A stretch of DNA of 63,201 nucleotides, counting the filler. It is 9 parts of 9 records of this genome, joined end to end, with 100 filler letters (N's around TTAATTAATTAA, not from the genome) between each part and the next. Parts side by side here need not be neighbours in the genome. Positions count along the whole stretch, not along the records: positions 23,623 to 42,370 come from SRR7504441_1016; 8 more parts are not named here. One strand, 5' to 3'. The notes under the pieces are model-generated. The model ran no database searches and was not told where the DNA came from. It worked only from the letters and a program-made list of their open reading frames with translations. Positions 23,623 through 36,152 of this stretch are shown here, piece by piece. Each line of letters starts with the position of its first letter. Within the stretch, counting starts at the first letter, position 1. Made by a program: the position numbers and the translations under genes.

Positions 23623-26600
23623 CCTAGCCGCACCCCACCGACCTGGTGCACCGTTTTTGCTGGGGTTTGGCGCTTACGTGCTCGCAGGTGCTGCTCGACC
23701 TGCTTTACCCACCGCCGGATTCTTTGCTCTACCGGATTGCCACAGTGCTCTCTCGGATCGAAGATTTGTCACACATCCTGGTCTGGGCCAGCGCGGGAGG
23801 CAATCCAGTGAGCTCATGGCTGGCTCCTCGCGCTCTTGATTGGCGCTATGCAGGTGATCAGCATGGTTGAGTTGCCGAGGCTCAAGCTCAAGTTCAAGCC
23901 CCAGATGGACCACATGGGCGAGGTCCGGATGCACCTCAAGGACCACCCAGGCTGGTTCATCTCGCAATCTTTTGTTGATGGAGCGCAAGACCCGCCCCGC
24001 AGCATGAGCTTCGTCGAGAAGCAGCTTCGTGGGCTGCCCAACAGCATCCTGCTCGAGAACGCAGCTCAGGAGCTCCGGCTGATGGTTGCCAATCACGAGG
24101 TCCGCCGCCCGCCACTCCCTGGCGAGCCGTTCTCCACGCTGCTGCTGTTCAACCGAGCATCTCAGAGCTGGAAGGGCACTTTCTTGGACAACCGGTGCTA
24201 CATGTACGACATCCATGCCTCGCGGACCATGCTGCTAGCCAAGTCATTGGACGCTTCAGTGTACCTGATCTTGATGCGGTTCCTGGCTCGCAACTATGCA
24301 GAGAAATTTGCGCTGATGGACGGGATTTCGGCCGACACTGATCTTTCTGTGCAAGAGCACTGGGCAATCAAGCAATTCAACGGGGTGCACGACGGCCACC
24401 CGGACGCGCATGCCATCCGGCTCAAGCTGGGGCTGTCGCAGCAGTACGGTCGGCTCAGCTCAACAAGGTTTGAGGACGTGCTTGGCTGGCAGGTGGGCTG
24501 GCGGTGCAGCTCTGTGGGCTGATGGGCGGTGTGCAGGTGAGTTCAGAGTACCAGTCGTACCTGGACAAGCTGAGCCATGTCTCCGCTGCTTGCAGGCTTA
24601 CTCACGAGCAGGAGCTCGACGTGATCAAGCGTGGCTGCCAAGAGGCCAACAACACTACGATAAACCGGTCCAAATGCCTGGAAGCCACCCCTGGTGCTAT
24701 CCTGCAATTCAAGAACATCACACAGAATTGCGGTGGCCGGATATTCGACCATACACTGCTCGAGGCGGCGCGGCTGCAGCCTGAAGGCATGCGTGGCGTC
24801 AACAGGGTTCGCTATGCTCGGCTGCCAGTGCCGCCCGAAGGCCAGCCTCCAAAGCCGGAGCATTTCACAGGCGAGATCGACGAGATGGGCGCATTCAGCG
24901 AGTTGTTCCAAGGCAATCTGATGCAAGATGACGTGGGTGGAGGGTGCGTCCTTATTGTGTCTGTCTCATGCATGTTGTGACTGCAAACCCACTGACTGGT
25001 GTGGATTGGTCAGGTCGCGGCAGCAAGGCTTCTTGTGGGTCTACGAGCTGTTCCGAGGCGACAGCAAGGTGTCGGATTGGCTGGACGTGGACGGCAAGAA
25101 CTCCAACCACACGCTGGCCCAGCTGCTGCTCCGCTGTTTCCACCTCAAGCTGTCTCACTGGGGCCGGGACCACTCTGGCCATGAGGTGCGGCCGGAGCTG
25201 AGCAAGTACGTGGCGGTGCTGGTCATGATGCAAGAGTTCCCCGGGGCTGACTGGCCTGAGATCCCGGAAGCCATCATCGAGCCACTCCGGGAAGGCGTCA
25301 ACCTGCTTGAGGACAAGGACGCGTCCAACGCGCTCAAGACCTTCCTCCGGTCGCTGGAGCATGTATTGCACTGGTGCCAGGAGTGGTCCACGAGCACCGC
25401 CGACGAGTTTGCTGCTGCACATGCCAATGACGTGGCTGGAGACGATCACGGGCCGGCACTCACTGAGGAGCAGATGCAGTTCATGGCCATCATGAGCGCC
25501 GAGCCCGAACAGGCGCGTGCCGCTCTTGAGCAATGCGGCAACAGCTTGCAAATTGCCATCAATTGGTGGATGGAGCATGGACCGATGGGTGCCAATGACT
25601 GGGCCAACTTTGCAGCAGGTGGAGACCCCAACGCCCCCGAACCTGGTCAGGAGCCGGTGCCAACTACTCCTGCACCACCTGTCGACCTTCCTGCCGAGTT
25701 TGCGATGCAGAAGAAGTGGGCTGACGCCGATGCAAATACAAATGTGTGCAGAGACACGCTGACGCCTCTGGAACTATCAGACTGTGTGGTGCCAGAGGAC
25801 AACTTGCAGCGGCCTCACCAAGTCACAGATTTGTCATGCACCTCGCGCCTGCTCGAGCCGATGGAGGGAGAAATGGTGATGGGCATTGATGACATTGAGA
25901 GCTTTGCTTCGATTCCGCTTCAAGTCATCCCAGGTTTTGCTGAATTCTTCACACAGACAGCCAACGCAACGCAGATCGCGCCAACTGAACTTCCATTTGA
26001 CCTCAGTAGCCATGCAAACGCACAAGTGGAGGTTGCAAAGCAGTTCCTGAAGCGAACCAACATTGACATGCAGCGGTACCATGACCAGACGGTCGGTGCA
26101 CAGACGCGCTGGGTGAGCAGTCTCACAGACAAGGATGCAGCCAAGTATGTGCAGGACCAGAGCTCACATGATGCAGCGTTCGATGATGTGCAACAGAGGT
26201 TGCAGCAGATGCTTGAGAAACTTCAAGCGCTGCAGGAAGGGGACGAGGCATGGATGATTAACGCCACAGAGCTCACAATCAAGCAGATGGAAGCAGCAGA
26301 CCCAAGCCAGGCCTCCGACCCTGTTGCATGTCATCGCTTCCGTCTTGCCAGGATGTGTGGTCAGCACGCTGCATTGGATCTGCACTTTGCAACTCAGGCA
26401 CTCTTGTCCACCAAGGGAGCTGATGACTTGTTGGCGGCAAACCCTTACATTGAAGATGCGCAGTACATGCTCAAGTTGGCATTTGCTACACAGCTCTATG
26501 CAATGCGTGTGATTCATGCAAATCGCTGTATTGCCTCTGTGATTTCTCTTCAGACTTCGCTCAAGCGCCTGGTGGTGCAACCACCAACAGACACGCAGAT

Positions 26601-29600
26601 GGCCACACATAAACTGGCCCAGTCCTCATCAGGGCTTGCAGGCTTGATGCACGCCAAGCGCTACTCCATGGAGTCTGTGAATGCAGGCAGCTATGCGTAC
26701 GATCCCCGTTTCCTTGTGTTTGAATACATGTTCCAATACATGCTCCGCAAGCGTCAGGTTGAGATGACAAAAGATTACCTGATGAAATTCGAACGAGGCG
26801 AGTCATCTTGCCAGCAAATGATTATGGGCGCTGGTAAGACCACAGTGATTGGCCCACTCCTGTCGCTGTGCCTTGCCAACTCGGAGCGGCTTGTAATGCT
26901 CACAATGCCACCCAATCTGCTCGAGATGAGCCGAAACAGGCTGCGTGAAGTGTTCTCGTCAGTTGTCAAGAAGAAGATTTTCACCCTCGAGTTCCAGCGC
27001 CAGTTTGACGATGATCCAAACATTATTCTCGAGATCATTAGTAAACTGACTGATGCCACTAGGCATCGCGGCATCGTGTGCGCCAAGCCCGAAGTCATCA
27101 AGTCGGTGCTGCTCAAAATGGTTGAGTTGCTCCACGTGATCGAGCAAGCTGACGTCGACAAGTACCGCGAGGCCTCGGAAGACACCCCGGCAGTGCGTGC
27201 GGAGAAGGAGGATATCAAGTATCGGATGGGCCTCCGCTCCGACATGTCCGACATGTGTGTGCCTCTGCTGGGCATGTTCAAGTCAGGGTCGCTTATCATG
27301 GACGAGGTCGACGTCCTCTTGCATCCACTCAAGAGCGAGCTCAACTATCCTATTGACACAAAGTCGCCCATCGATCTTTCGCCGGCTCGATGGGACCTGC
27401 CAGCACACTGCCTCTCTGTCATCTTCCCACAAGACCACGCGAAAGCCAGAGACTCGCCGGAGTTATGGGCTGCAGCGCAGGAGCAGTGTGGCTTTAGCCT
27501 GGAGGCTACCGCTGCTGAAGTGGCGCACATTTTGGCGATCGGCAAGTCAAAGCATAAGATGCAGCGCAATCCGCACCTTGTGCTGCTCGATCCGAGCTTC
27601 TATCAGTTGTACATGAAACACCACATCGCCAAATGGATGCTGCTCTGGCTCCATCGCAGCACTCCTGAGGAGATCACAGAGTATGGGATTGTGAATGAGG
27701 TGATGCTCTGCTTCATGAACGGGTACGCTTCGACCCTGCGAGTGGTGGCTCGGGCAGAACTGCTCGACGAGCTCAAAGCTGTGATGGCGCAGGCGGAATC
27801 AGTGGCTGCATGGGCCACCTTTGTGCAGACTTGGTCCGATACTCTGCGCTTTTCGGCTGAGCAGTTGCCTGACGAGAGGCCTGTTGGTATGGACGAACAA
27901 ACATCAGCGGAAGACCACGTCAGTTTTGTCAGGAGGCTTGCACCGGCGACAAGGGATGCTCGTGCACTGCTGGAGGCTTGCATCATCCTCGAGAACGGAC
28001 CGGATGCGGCTCTGCATGAGAAACTGCTGCTCCTGCTATCTGAGTTTGCTTCTCACCTGCAGAACGAGGGCCTGCGCGCCTCCAAGGCAATGCTCAAGGT
28101 GGCATGCACTGGCGAGAAGCGCTTCCCTGAGCGCTCGATGAAGCTGCTCAATTTGTCGGCTCAGTGGTGTCAGCAATTTGTGCCGCACGTGCTGAGCAAG
28201 ATCGATCGTGTCACCTTTGGTCTGCTGGGCGAGTTCGACCCACTGCCCAAGGATGCCCCACTGGTCCGTAAGTACATGGCCGTCCCATTCATTGCAAAGG
28301 ACGTGCCCTCCCACGCTGCAGAGTTTGCACACCCGGATGTGCTCATAGGCCTTACCATCTTGGCGTACCGGTACGAGGGCCTCAGGGTCAAAGACATTCA
28401 CCGGATCATCAAGCGCATCAAGTTCCAGTTCTCTCGCGAGCAAGGCGACAAGAAGTCGCGCCCTTCAGCCATAACGTACCAAGTCTGGGTGGAACTGGGC
28501 AAGCTTGCCAATGCCATTCGCGGAACCGAGCTCCTGATTAACACCCTTGAAGCTCGTGTGGAAGCTGCGGAGTTGATTGATCAGCTCGTACTCCAGTTCA
28601 ATGAAACAGGGAGGATCCAGTCAGAGCTGCTCCAAGTGGCCAAGGATGCACTCGAAGCAGGCGGTTTGCGAGACCTCAAACAGGAGCTCTCCAAGCTTGC
28701 GCACACTGGCACAGGGCAGGATGAGGAGCCATTATGGATAGAATTCCTGACCATCGTCCAGCACTCGAGGTCGACAGCCGCAGAGATTCTTGTTGCAGCT
28801 CAGGATGCCTTGGCAGTGGCCATGCAGCCGGAGATGGATATCGAGGTCATAGTGGCTGGGGTGCAGAAACTGGTGAGTGCTCTGCGTGACATTGGGCTGG
28901 AGGGAGATGCAGTGGTACTCGAGGGTTCTGCTGCTGCGACTGTGCTGCCTCTCGAATTGTTCCAACCAGATGACAACTCGCAACTTGAGCAGCTGTGGCG
29001 CATGCTGCGCTTTGTGCCACAAGTGATGCGGTACTATCTGTCGATGCACATCTTCCCAGATTGCATGGAGTTCCAGCGCACCAAGATATCGGCTTGTGGC
29101 CATGAGCTGGCCTCAGACATCCTATTTGGCCACAGGGTGGGCTTCTCAGGCACCCCGTCATACCTGCTGCCTCTTGACTTTGGCGAGTGCGGACCCGAGC
29201 CAGGCTCAGACGGCAAGATTGTCTCTGTGCTTACGTCCAAAGAAGTGGTGACCGCTGAAGTCAAGAGCGAATGGACTGCCCTCAGCCTACTTGCAGACAT
29301 TGCCAAAGCAGACCCACCATTCCATGCGCTGATTGACACTGGTGCGCTGGTGACTGGGCTGACCAACGAGGAGGTGGCCGATGCGCTGCTGTCGCGGCTT
29401 CCTGCAACTTTCAAAGGCGTGGTCTATCTGGATCGTCTGGACCGCCAGATGATCCTGCTTCGGAACGGGAGGGCTACTCCATTGAGTCAGAGTGGACTGG
29501 CCTGGCGTGAGCGCTTCACCTTTTACGGTCAGTTTGCGCCAACTAGCTGGCATGAGTGCTGTGTTTGCAGATCAAGTGCACACAACAGGGATGGACATCA

Positions 29601-32159
29601 AGCAATTCCCTTCGGCCAGAGCTGTCGTTACCATTGGTAAGCCCCTGCTCAAAGGGTTGTGCTGATCATCGCTTGCTCAGGCAAAGACATGGTCTTCAGA
29701 GACTTCGCCCAAGGTCCTCAGCGCCGTTTCCATGTCACTCTGAGCCATGATCTGTTGCAGGCTCCTTCCGGATGCGTAACATCGGGGCTGGCGGGCAGCA
29801 CATCCACCTATACGTCATCTCTGAAGTTGCGCAGAGGATCAAGCAGGAGCTGAGCAGAGTACCGGGGCTGTACCAGTGCGACGGGCAAGGCGAGCCCCAG
29901 ATGGAGCTCAACGTGTCGGCCTGGCTGATGCTCAACTCGATGTACATGGAGGGCCTGCAGTTCCTGCAGCTCAACTCGCAAGAGCTGCACAATATCTGGC
30001 GGAAGCAGGCTCTGGCCTATCTGACTGCGAATGTGATGAAGCGAATGCCGACCAGCCTTGAAGATCTCAACAACAAACTGGCACCTGGGGCGGGGATGCA
30101 CCGCTTCTCTGATGCAGATGGGCAGCACCTCAGTGACTGTGTGGAGCAGTTCCGGGAACCGGTTGACTTCGATATCCCGACCACAGTGCCTGCGCCCACA
30201 AGGCTGATTGACCAGATCAACGGGCTCAAGGAGGAGCACAAGAAATTCCTCTCAGGGAGCGAGGCCGTTAAGCAGCGGCTGCAGGAGGTGGTGGCTCGTG
30301 CTCAGCGGGTCACGGAGTCTGTTGAGGAGGCCAAGGAGAGCGATCAGACAGCTCTAGACCAGCTGATGGAGCAGGAGCAGGAGCAGGAGCAAGAGCAAGG
30401 TGGCTGCCCCCGCAGTCTGCTCCTAAGTTTTGGTGTGTGTGCAGAGCAAGAGCAGGAGCAGGAGCAGCAGAAGATCGAGATCCCAGTCTGCTCGAGAGAC
30501 GACGAGTCGCCCAACCAGTGGGCCGCTTCTCTGCTTGGCAGGCAATACCAGTGCACTCTGGACACCAGCAAGCCTTTCCAAGAGCAATTCCTGGGCGGGT
30601 TGGCCTTCTATCCGCTCTCGCTCTTCCAGATTGGCGAGGACAAGCCTCATCTGGACTTTCCGAGTCAGGTGCGCCCCAGCCGGCCAAATGCTTAGCCTGT
30701 GCAGGTGCTCATCTCTGGCAACTGGTTCCGACCAACCTGGATCGGGATGGGCGACAGGCGGCTGAAGAACATCGAGATGATCATGGAATGGCAGCCACCT
30801 GATGCTGACAAGCGACATGTGGTGGCGCTCACACTGGCTGAAGGCGAGACCGTCCGCCGGATCATCCACACCAAGCAGGGCTACATCGACGGGATCCCGT
30901 TGGCTCTGCACACGCTCAACTCGTTCACCGACCCGCAGCCTTGGGTGCTCGACAAGACCCCGAGCTTCACCGCTGACCAGACCGGCGCCACGTTCGATGC
31001 GGTCCAGTGCCTGCGCTTCTTCTCGGGCGAGATGTATTTCAAGCCCAACGAGCTCAGCGCGATGGCCACTGCGTTGGCCACCAACGAGTTTGCGACGCGC
31101 GAGGCCTTCTTCCGGGCGTGCATGGACCGGCGGCGGACCATGATGAAGGAGTTTAAGGACACGCCGGTGGCCAAGCTGTTCCTGGCGGAGGACGAGTGGG
31201 ACGCGCTCCGGCCGCGCGCGATGATCAGCTGGCTCAAGGAGGAGCTGGTCAAGCGCAACCCGCACAAGCTGCTCGGCCAGCGCAAGCGGGCGATCGAGTT
31301 CCTGATCGACAAGCTGGCCCGGGTGCCGGCGCTCTCACCGCAGCTCAGCCAGATCAAGCGGGTGAAGGACGATATTCTGATGGTGTTTGTGGCGTCCAAT
31401 ACGGACAAGGCGCAGGCTGCACTCGAGCAGCTGGTCGAGGTGGACAAGCTGCTGCAGGAGGCCGGGTTCCGCAAGCTGGCGGTCGAGACGGCCAAGTTGA
31501 TCCGGCTGGTCAAGTGGGCGATGGCTGAGAAGTGGGGCAACCTGACAATGAAGGACATCTTTGATAAGATGGACGAGGACAACGACGGTGTGATCACCGA
31601 GCAGGAGCTCTACCAGGTGTTCCGCGAGCTCCAGATGCCGCAGTTCACCTCGGAGGACATTTCGGCCATCTTCAGGCTGGCCGACAGCGTGGGCGCGGGC
31701 ACGCTCAGCTGGGAGGATTTCAAGACCACGTTCGATATCCCAGACCCGACCGACGCCACCGCTCAGCTCTCGCCTGACGAGCTGCTCAAGATGACGGTCG
31801 AGACCATGATCATGGACTTCATCGGCTACAACCCGGGCGGCAACTTTGCCACAATCGCGCTGGACAACTCGGCTGGGGCGCCGTACGGCCAGTGCCGCGA
31901 GCCGGGTGACGCGGTCCAGTGGTTCCTCAACCACATGGAGGACTGGTACTTTTACGAGGACCGGCGGCCGATCAACAACTGGCGGACCTCGGGCGGCGGG
32001 ATGCCAGTCCGGGCCCAGGCACCCCCCGGGTACGACTGGCAGTGCTTCCAAGGCGAGGAGTGCAAGATGATTGGCGGGATGTGGAACAAGAAGGCCGACT
32101 TGTTCTGCAGCGTGTGCAAGAAGCGAAAGCCGGGCGGCACCTCGTCCTGGGGCGGGTAG
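23623..32159 (+). CDS. Giant DUF3638/DUF3645 P-loop (SF2 helicase-like) protein with UBA-like, EF-hand and RanBP2-like zinc-finger modules, 5' truncated
   Basis: QMIMGAGKTTVI (Walker A), IMDEVD (Walker B), MAVPFIAKDVPSHAAEFAHPDVLIGLT (DUF3645), GFSGTP, ALIDTGALVTG, FY/DQVHTTGMDIK, DEDNDGVITEQEL and C-terminal WQC..C..N....FCSVC. ORFs joined by short GT-AG introns. Confidence 0.8.
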
Positions 32160-32570
32160 TGCTGACACAATCGTGCTCTGCGCATGCGTTCATGCAGTAC
32201 GGTTCAATCTTAGATTAGACGAATTCGCCATGTCAGACCACGGGTATGTAATACCTATGAGGGTCCAATCAGTGTAGTCACACGTGTGCAAGTCATGTAT
32301 CGATTGACAGGCACTTTAGAGTGCTTTCATGTAATCAGTTGAGCATTGTTTGAGTGTAAGAGGATTGACATGAAACGATGGTATCTATAATCTATTACGG
32401 CTGAAGCTATCGCTTTCTTCGCTTTCTTCCTGACGTCCCTGGCAGTGACAGGCTGACAGCAACTCCTTTCTCACGATTTTGTATTATTTTTAGGGGCACG
32501 AATTCACACTCAGTCGTCGCGTGGGATGGCCTGGCAGAGTCGCGAGTGCCAGGGGGAGTAGAGGGACAGG

Positions 32571-33809
32571 ATGGGCGACGTGGACGAGGAGGACATGCAG
32601 CAGCTGTACCAGTGGATCGACGAGATCCCGCTCTCGCGACCCAAGCGGAGCATCAGCCGCGACTTCAGCGACGGAGGTCCGCGCACTGAGGCCCGACGGC
32701 GGGGCGGCTCACTGGCGTGGTGTGGCAGTTTTGACGGCTGAGCTGGTCTCGCACTTCTTCCCAAAGCTGGTCGACTTACACAACTACAGCGCTGCCAACT
32801 CGGTGGCCCAGAAGCAGTACAACTGGAAGACGCTCAATTGTAGCTGTGCCCCTTCGGGCTGCCCCTGAGCCGCCTGGGCAGCCAAAGTGTTCAAGAAGAT
32901 GGGATTCATGGTGCCGCAGGCCCAGATAGACGCGGTGTGCAACTGCGGCACCGGCGCCATCGAGCGCGTTCTGAACACAGTCAAGACCAAGGCACTCGCT
33001 GCCGAGTCGGGCGCTCAGGCAGGGCAGGTGGGCGCAATAATGGAGTCCGGAGGCAAGCTTCCCCAGCGGAAGGAGCGGCCGCTGGTCACCAAGGTCAATC
33101 CCTTTCACGCGGCGTGTCCGCTTCGGGGCTGTGGCTGATGAGCGCTCCAGGTGCAGCTGTCGAACCAGCCCAGATCAGCACCAGCCAACGAGAAACCACA
33201 GGGGGGGGCTCGGGCACGGGGCGGGGCACCGCGATCAGAATCGAACCAGCCGCCGCGGCGGGGCAACCAGGTGAACCAGCCGCAGTTGGTGCCAGCAGTT
33301 GATCCGCAATTGGATATAAAAGCGCAGCGACAGGCGCAGCGCGAGAAGCAGATTGCGGACCAGCAGGCCAAACTGAAGCAGCTGCAGGAGCAGAGGAACA
33401 GACCGCAGCCGCAGCCGCAGCCGCAGCCGGTGGAGCAGCCGGAGGATGCTCCGAACCGGCCGACGTTCAACCTACCACTTGGGCAGGCTCGGGGCAACCC
33501 GCGGCAGGCGGCCGGGGCAGCGCAGCCCAGCAAGCTGAACATGATGACGGAGATGGCCCCGTCGCCGGTGCCCGAGCAGATGTACCTGGCCAAGGAGCAG
33601 CCGGCGGCCGACGTGGACAGCGAGATACTGCTAGAGAAGGAGACGACTATCAACGAGCTGAGGGAGACTGTGCTGGTGCGCTGGCTGGGGGCGGGCTGGC
33701 TGAGTCGGGGCAGATCCTGGAGACCAAGATCGAAAAGCTGGAGCAGCTATTGAGGCTCAAGGACCAGAAGATCGGCAAGTTGATGCAAGCGATCGATCCG
33801 GCGCACTGA
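32571..33809 (+). CDS. SPEF1: Sperm flagellar protein 1 / CLAMP (CH domain + coiled coil)
   Basis: LYQWIDEIPLSRPKRSISRDFSDG/VLTAELVSHFFPKLVDLHNYSAANS..QKQYNWKTLN and C-terminal LLEKETTINELRETVL/ILETKIEKLEQLLRLKDQKI. Five introns. Confidence 0.93.
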
Positions 33810-33977
33810 TTACGAATCGACTTCCGCCGGTGTATTATTTTGTGCTGCTTTAGGTATGAGCCAATTGCACACACAAGTGCATCTATTAAACGGTTTATAA
33901 AATTTTGGAAGGTACGTGCATGCAATCAAGTACTCGTATAGTAAGTAATCTTGTGCAGAACTCGTCGGCCCGCAGGC

Positions 33978-35345
33978 TCAAAGCTTGGATTGCTGATCAG
34001 CGAATCCCATGGCTCCTGACTGCTTCCTCTTTGGCATCTTGTCGAGCCACTCATCAGGCCGCTTGTAGAGCGTCACCACACAAGCCCCGCCCAGCCCGAG
34101 GTTGTGCTGCAGCCCGACCCGAGCCCCGGCCACCTGCCGCGGCCCGGCCTCGCCGCGCAGCTGCCAGTTGAGCTCGGCGCACTGTGCCAGGCCGGTAGCC
34201 CCTAAAGGATGTCCCTTGGAGATGAGCCCACCACTAGGGTTGATCACGTATTTGCCACCGTAGGTCGCGTTCCCGCTCTCGACCAGCTTGCCGCCCTGGC
34301 CCTCGGGGCAGAGACCGAGCGCCTCGTAGGTGATCAGCTCGTTGCACGAGAAGCAGTCGTGCAGCTCGACTACCTGCACCTGCTCCGGCCCGACCCCGGC
34401 CTGCGCGTACGCCTCACGCGCACAGTTCTGCGCCATTGGGAACCCGATCATGTCTATGCACGACCGGCCGTGCAGCTCGTCTGTGAACGAGCTCTGGTCG
34501 TCGGTCTGCATGGCCTGTCCGATGATCTCTACCGCCTGGCCCTCGAGCCCGTGCTGCTTCACAAACGCCTCACTCGCCACAATCGCGCACCCGGCCCCGT
34601 CGCTGGTGGGCGAGCACTGGAGCTTTGTGAGCGGCTGGTAGATCTGGCCCGACTTCTCCACCTGCTCGAGCGTGTACTGCTGCCGGAACTGGGCGTACGG
34701 GTTGTTCACCGAGTGCCTGCCCGCAGTCAGCTGCAGGCTCAAGCGCACGCCACCGGTGGTTCTTCTCTCCAATCATCGCAAACTGGCGGGCGGTGGTCCC
34801 GTACTTCTCCATGTGCTCGCGCCCGGCGTTCCCGAACATCTGCGGCATGGGGGGCGCCTTCATCTCGTAGTCGAACTTGCTGGTCATCACCGCCATATGA
34901 GGGTCCAGCATGGTAGCCCCGTCCATCCCGCCCCCGCCCAGGCTGCCTGGCTTCATCCGCTCCACCCCGAGGGCCAGGCAGCACTGGTTGAGCCCAGACG
35001 CCACGAACTGCCGGGCGAGCAGCAGCGCGTTCGAGCCGGTGGCGCAGGCGTTGTTCACGTTGTAGATTGGGATGTTGTAGAACCCGAGCGGGTAAAGGCA
35101 GCGCTGGCCGGCCCCGGTCCCGAAGAACATGCTGCGGACGGTCAGCTCGGCTGGGCTGGCCGGACTCACTTGCCGCAGACCGCCTGCTCCACCTGGCCGG
35201 GTTGAACACATGCGTCCTCGAGCGCCCGGGTGACTGCGATCTCGCCGTGGTCGGGCAGGTCCTTGTCCGGGATTTGGCCCTTCTTGGCTGGCTTGCAGAA
35301 CTCAGACATGCCCACTCCCACCACGAAAACGCGCTGTTGCTGCAT
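33978..35345 (-). CDS. SCP2: Sterol carrier protein X-type thiolase (thiolase domain only)
   Basis: [72 protein letters not shown]. Two introns. No C-terminal SCP2 domain seen. Confidence 0.92.
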
Positions 35346-35417
35346 TTTTGCCTGTTCGACGCGGCACAAGCTCCGGCCCGCTTCACCGGTTAATCATAAT
35401 TTCCGTTACGCTGCTTG

Positions 35418-35952
35418 ATGAGACCAGCCAGGTCTCCGGCGGGTCGTCGCTTCCGGGCGGCGACTCCAGCTGATGCCCGGGGCCGGCAGTGCGATGCCCA
35501 GAGCCGGCAGTGCGGGTGACGCTGCCGGACCGGCTGAAGGGTGGCCGGACCGGTGGGAATTCAAAACGGCGGACGGCGGGATGGACGTGCCGGCGCTGTA
35601 AGTGAGGCTGTGGGCAGAGCTCTGAGTGGGCCGGCAGAGATCTGTGCCTGATGCGCCAGCTGGGCCGGAGCGGCAAGACGCACGCGCAGGCGCCAATGCC
35701 CGCGCGGGGAGGGCCTAATGCGTTGCTGGCCAGTTCTTTACAGAAATGGCCGACCACTACGGCTTCCCGCCGGGCAAATTCAGAGACCCGGACACGCTAC
35801 TGCAGGTCATGACACAGACCTCGCTCGAAAAGGTGCAGCACCCCAGCGAGCTCGGCAGAGTGCTCGAGGGTAACGCACCCGCCATGCAGCACCGCGCGTA
35901 CGCTGCGCTGGTCCAGCTTTTGTGCACTGCGGAAGAGACGCGAAGGACTTAG
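35418..35952 (+). CDS. Small hypothetical protein, spliced
   Basis: Three short introns (one GC-AG at 35690-35733) join the exons to ORF 35746-35952. Confidence 0.45.
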
Positions 35953-36152
35953 GGAGCGCCGCGCTAGTTAGGGCCCGCCGCTAACGAGTGCGTGTCGATA
36001 ATAACCAAGTTTAGTCTCCAGGTACTTAGTGTAAAGCTCTAAGCTTATGAGTTTAGATTGATAGCGGACCTAGGGACCGGTTGTCTTAGCTTCGAATTCG
36101 CATCACTTTTATTAATTATTTACAGTCCAGCACTAAATAATTGTGTCCAGAG

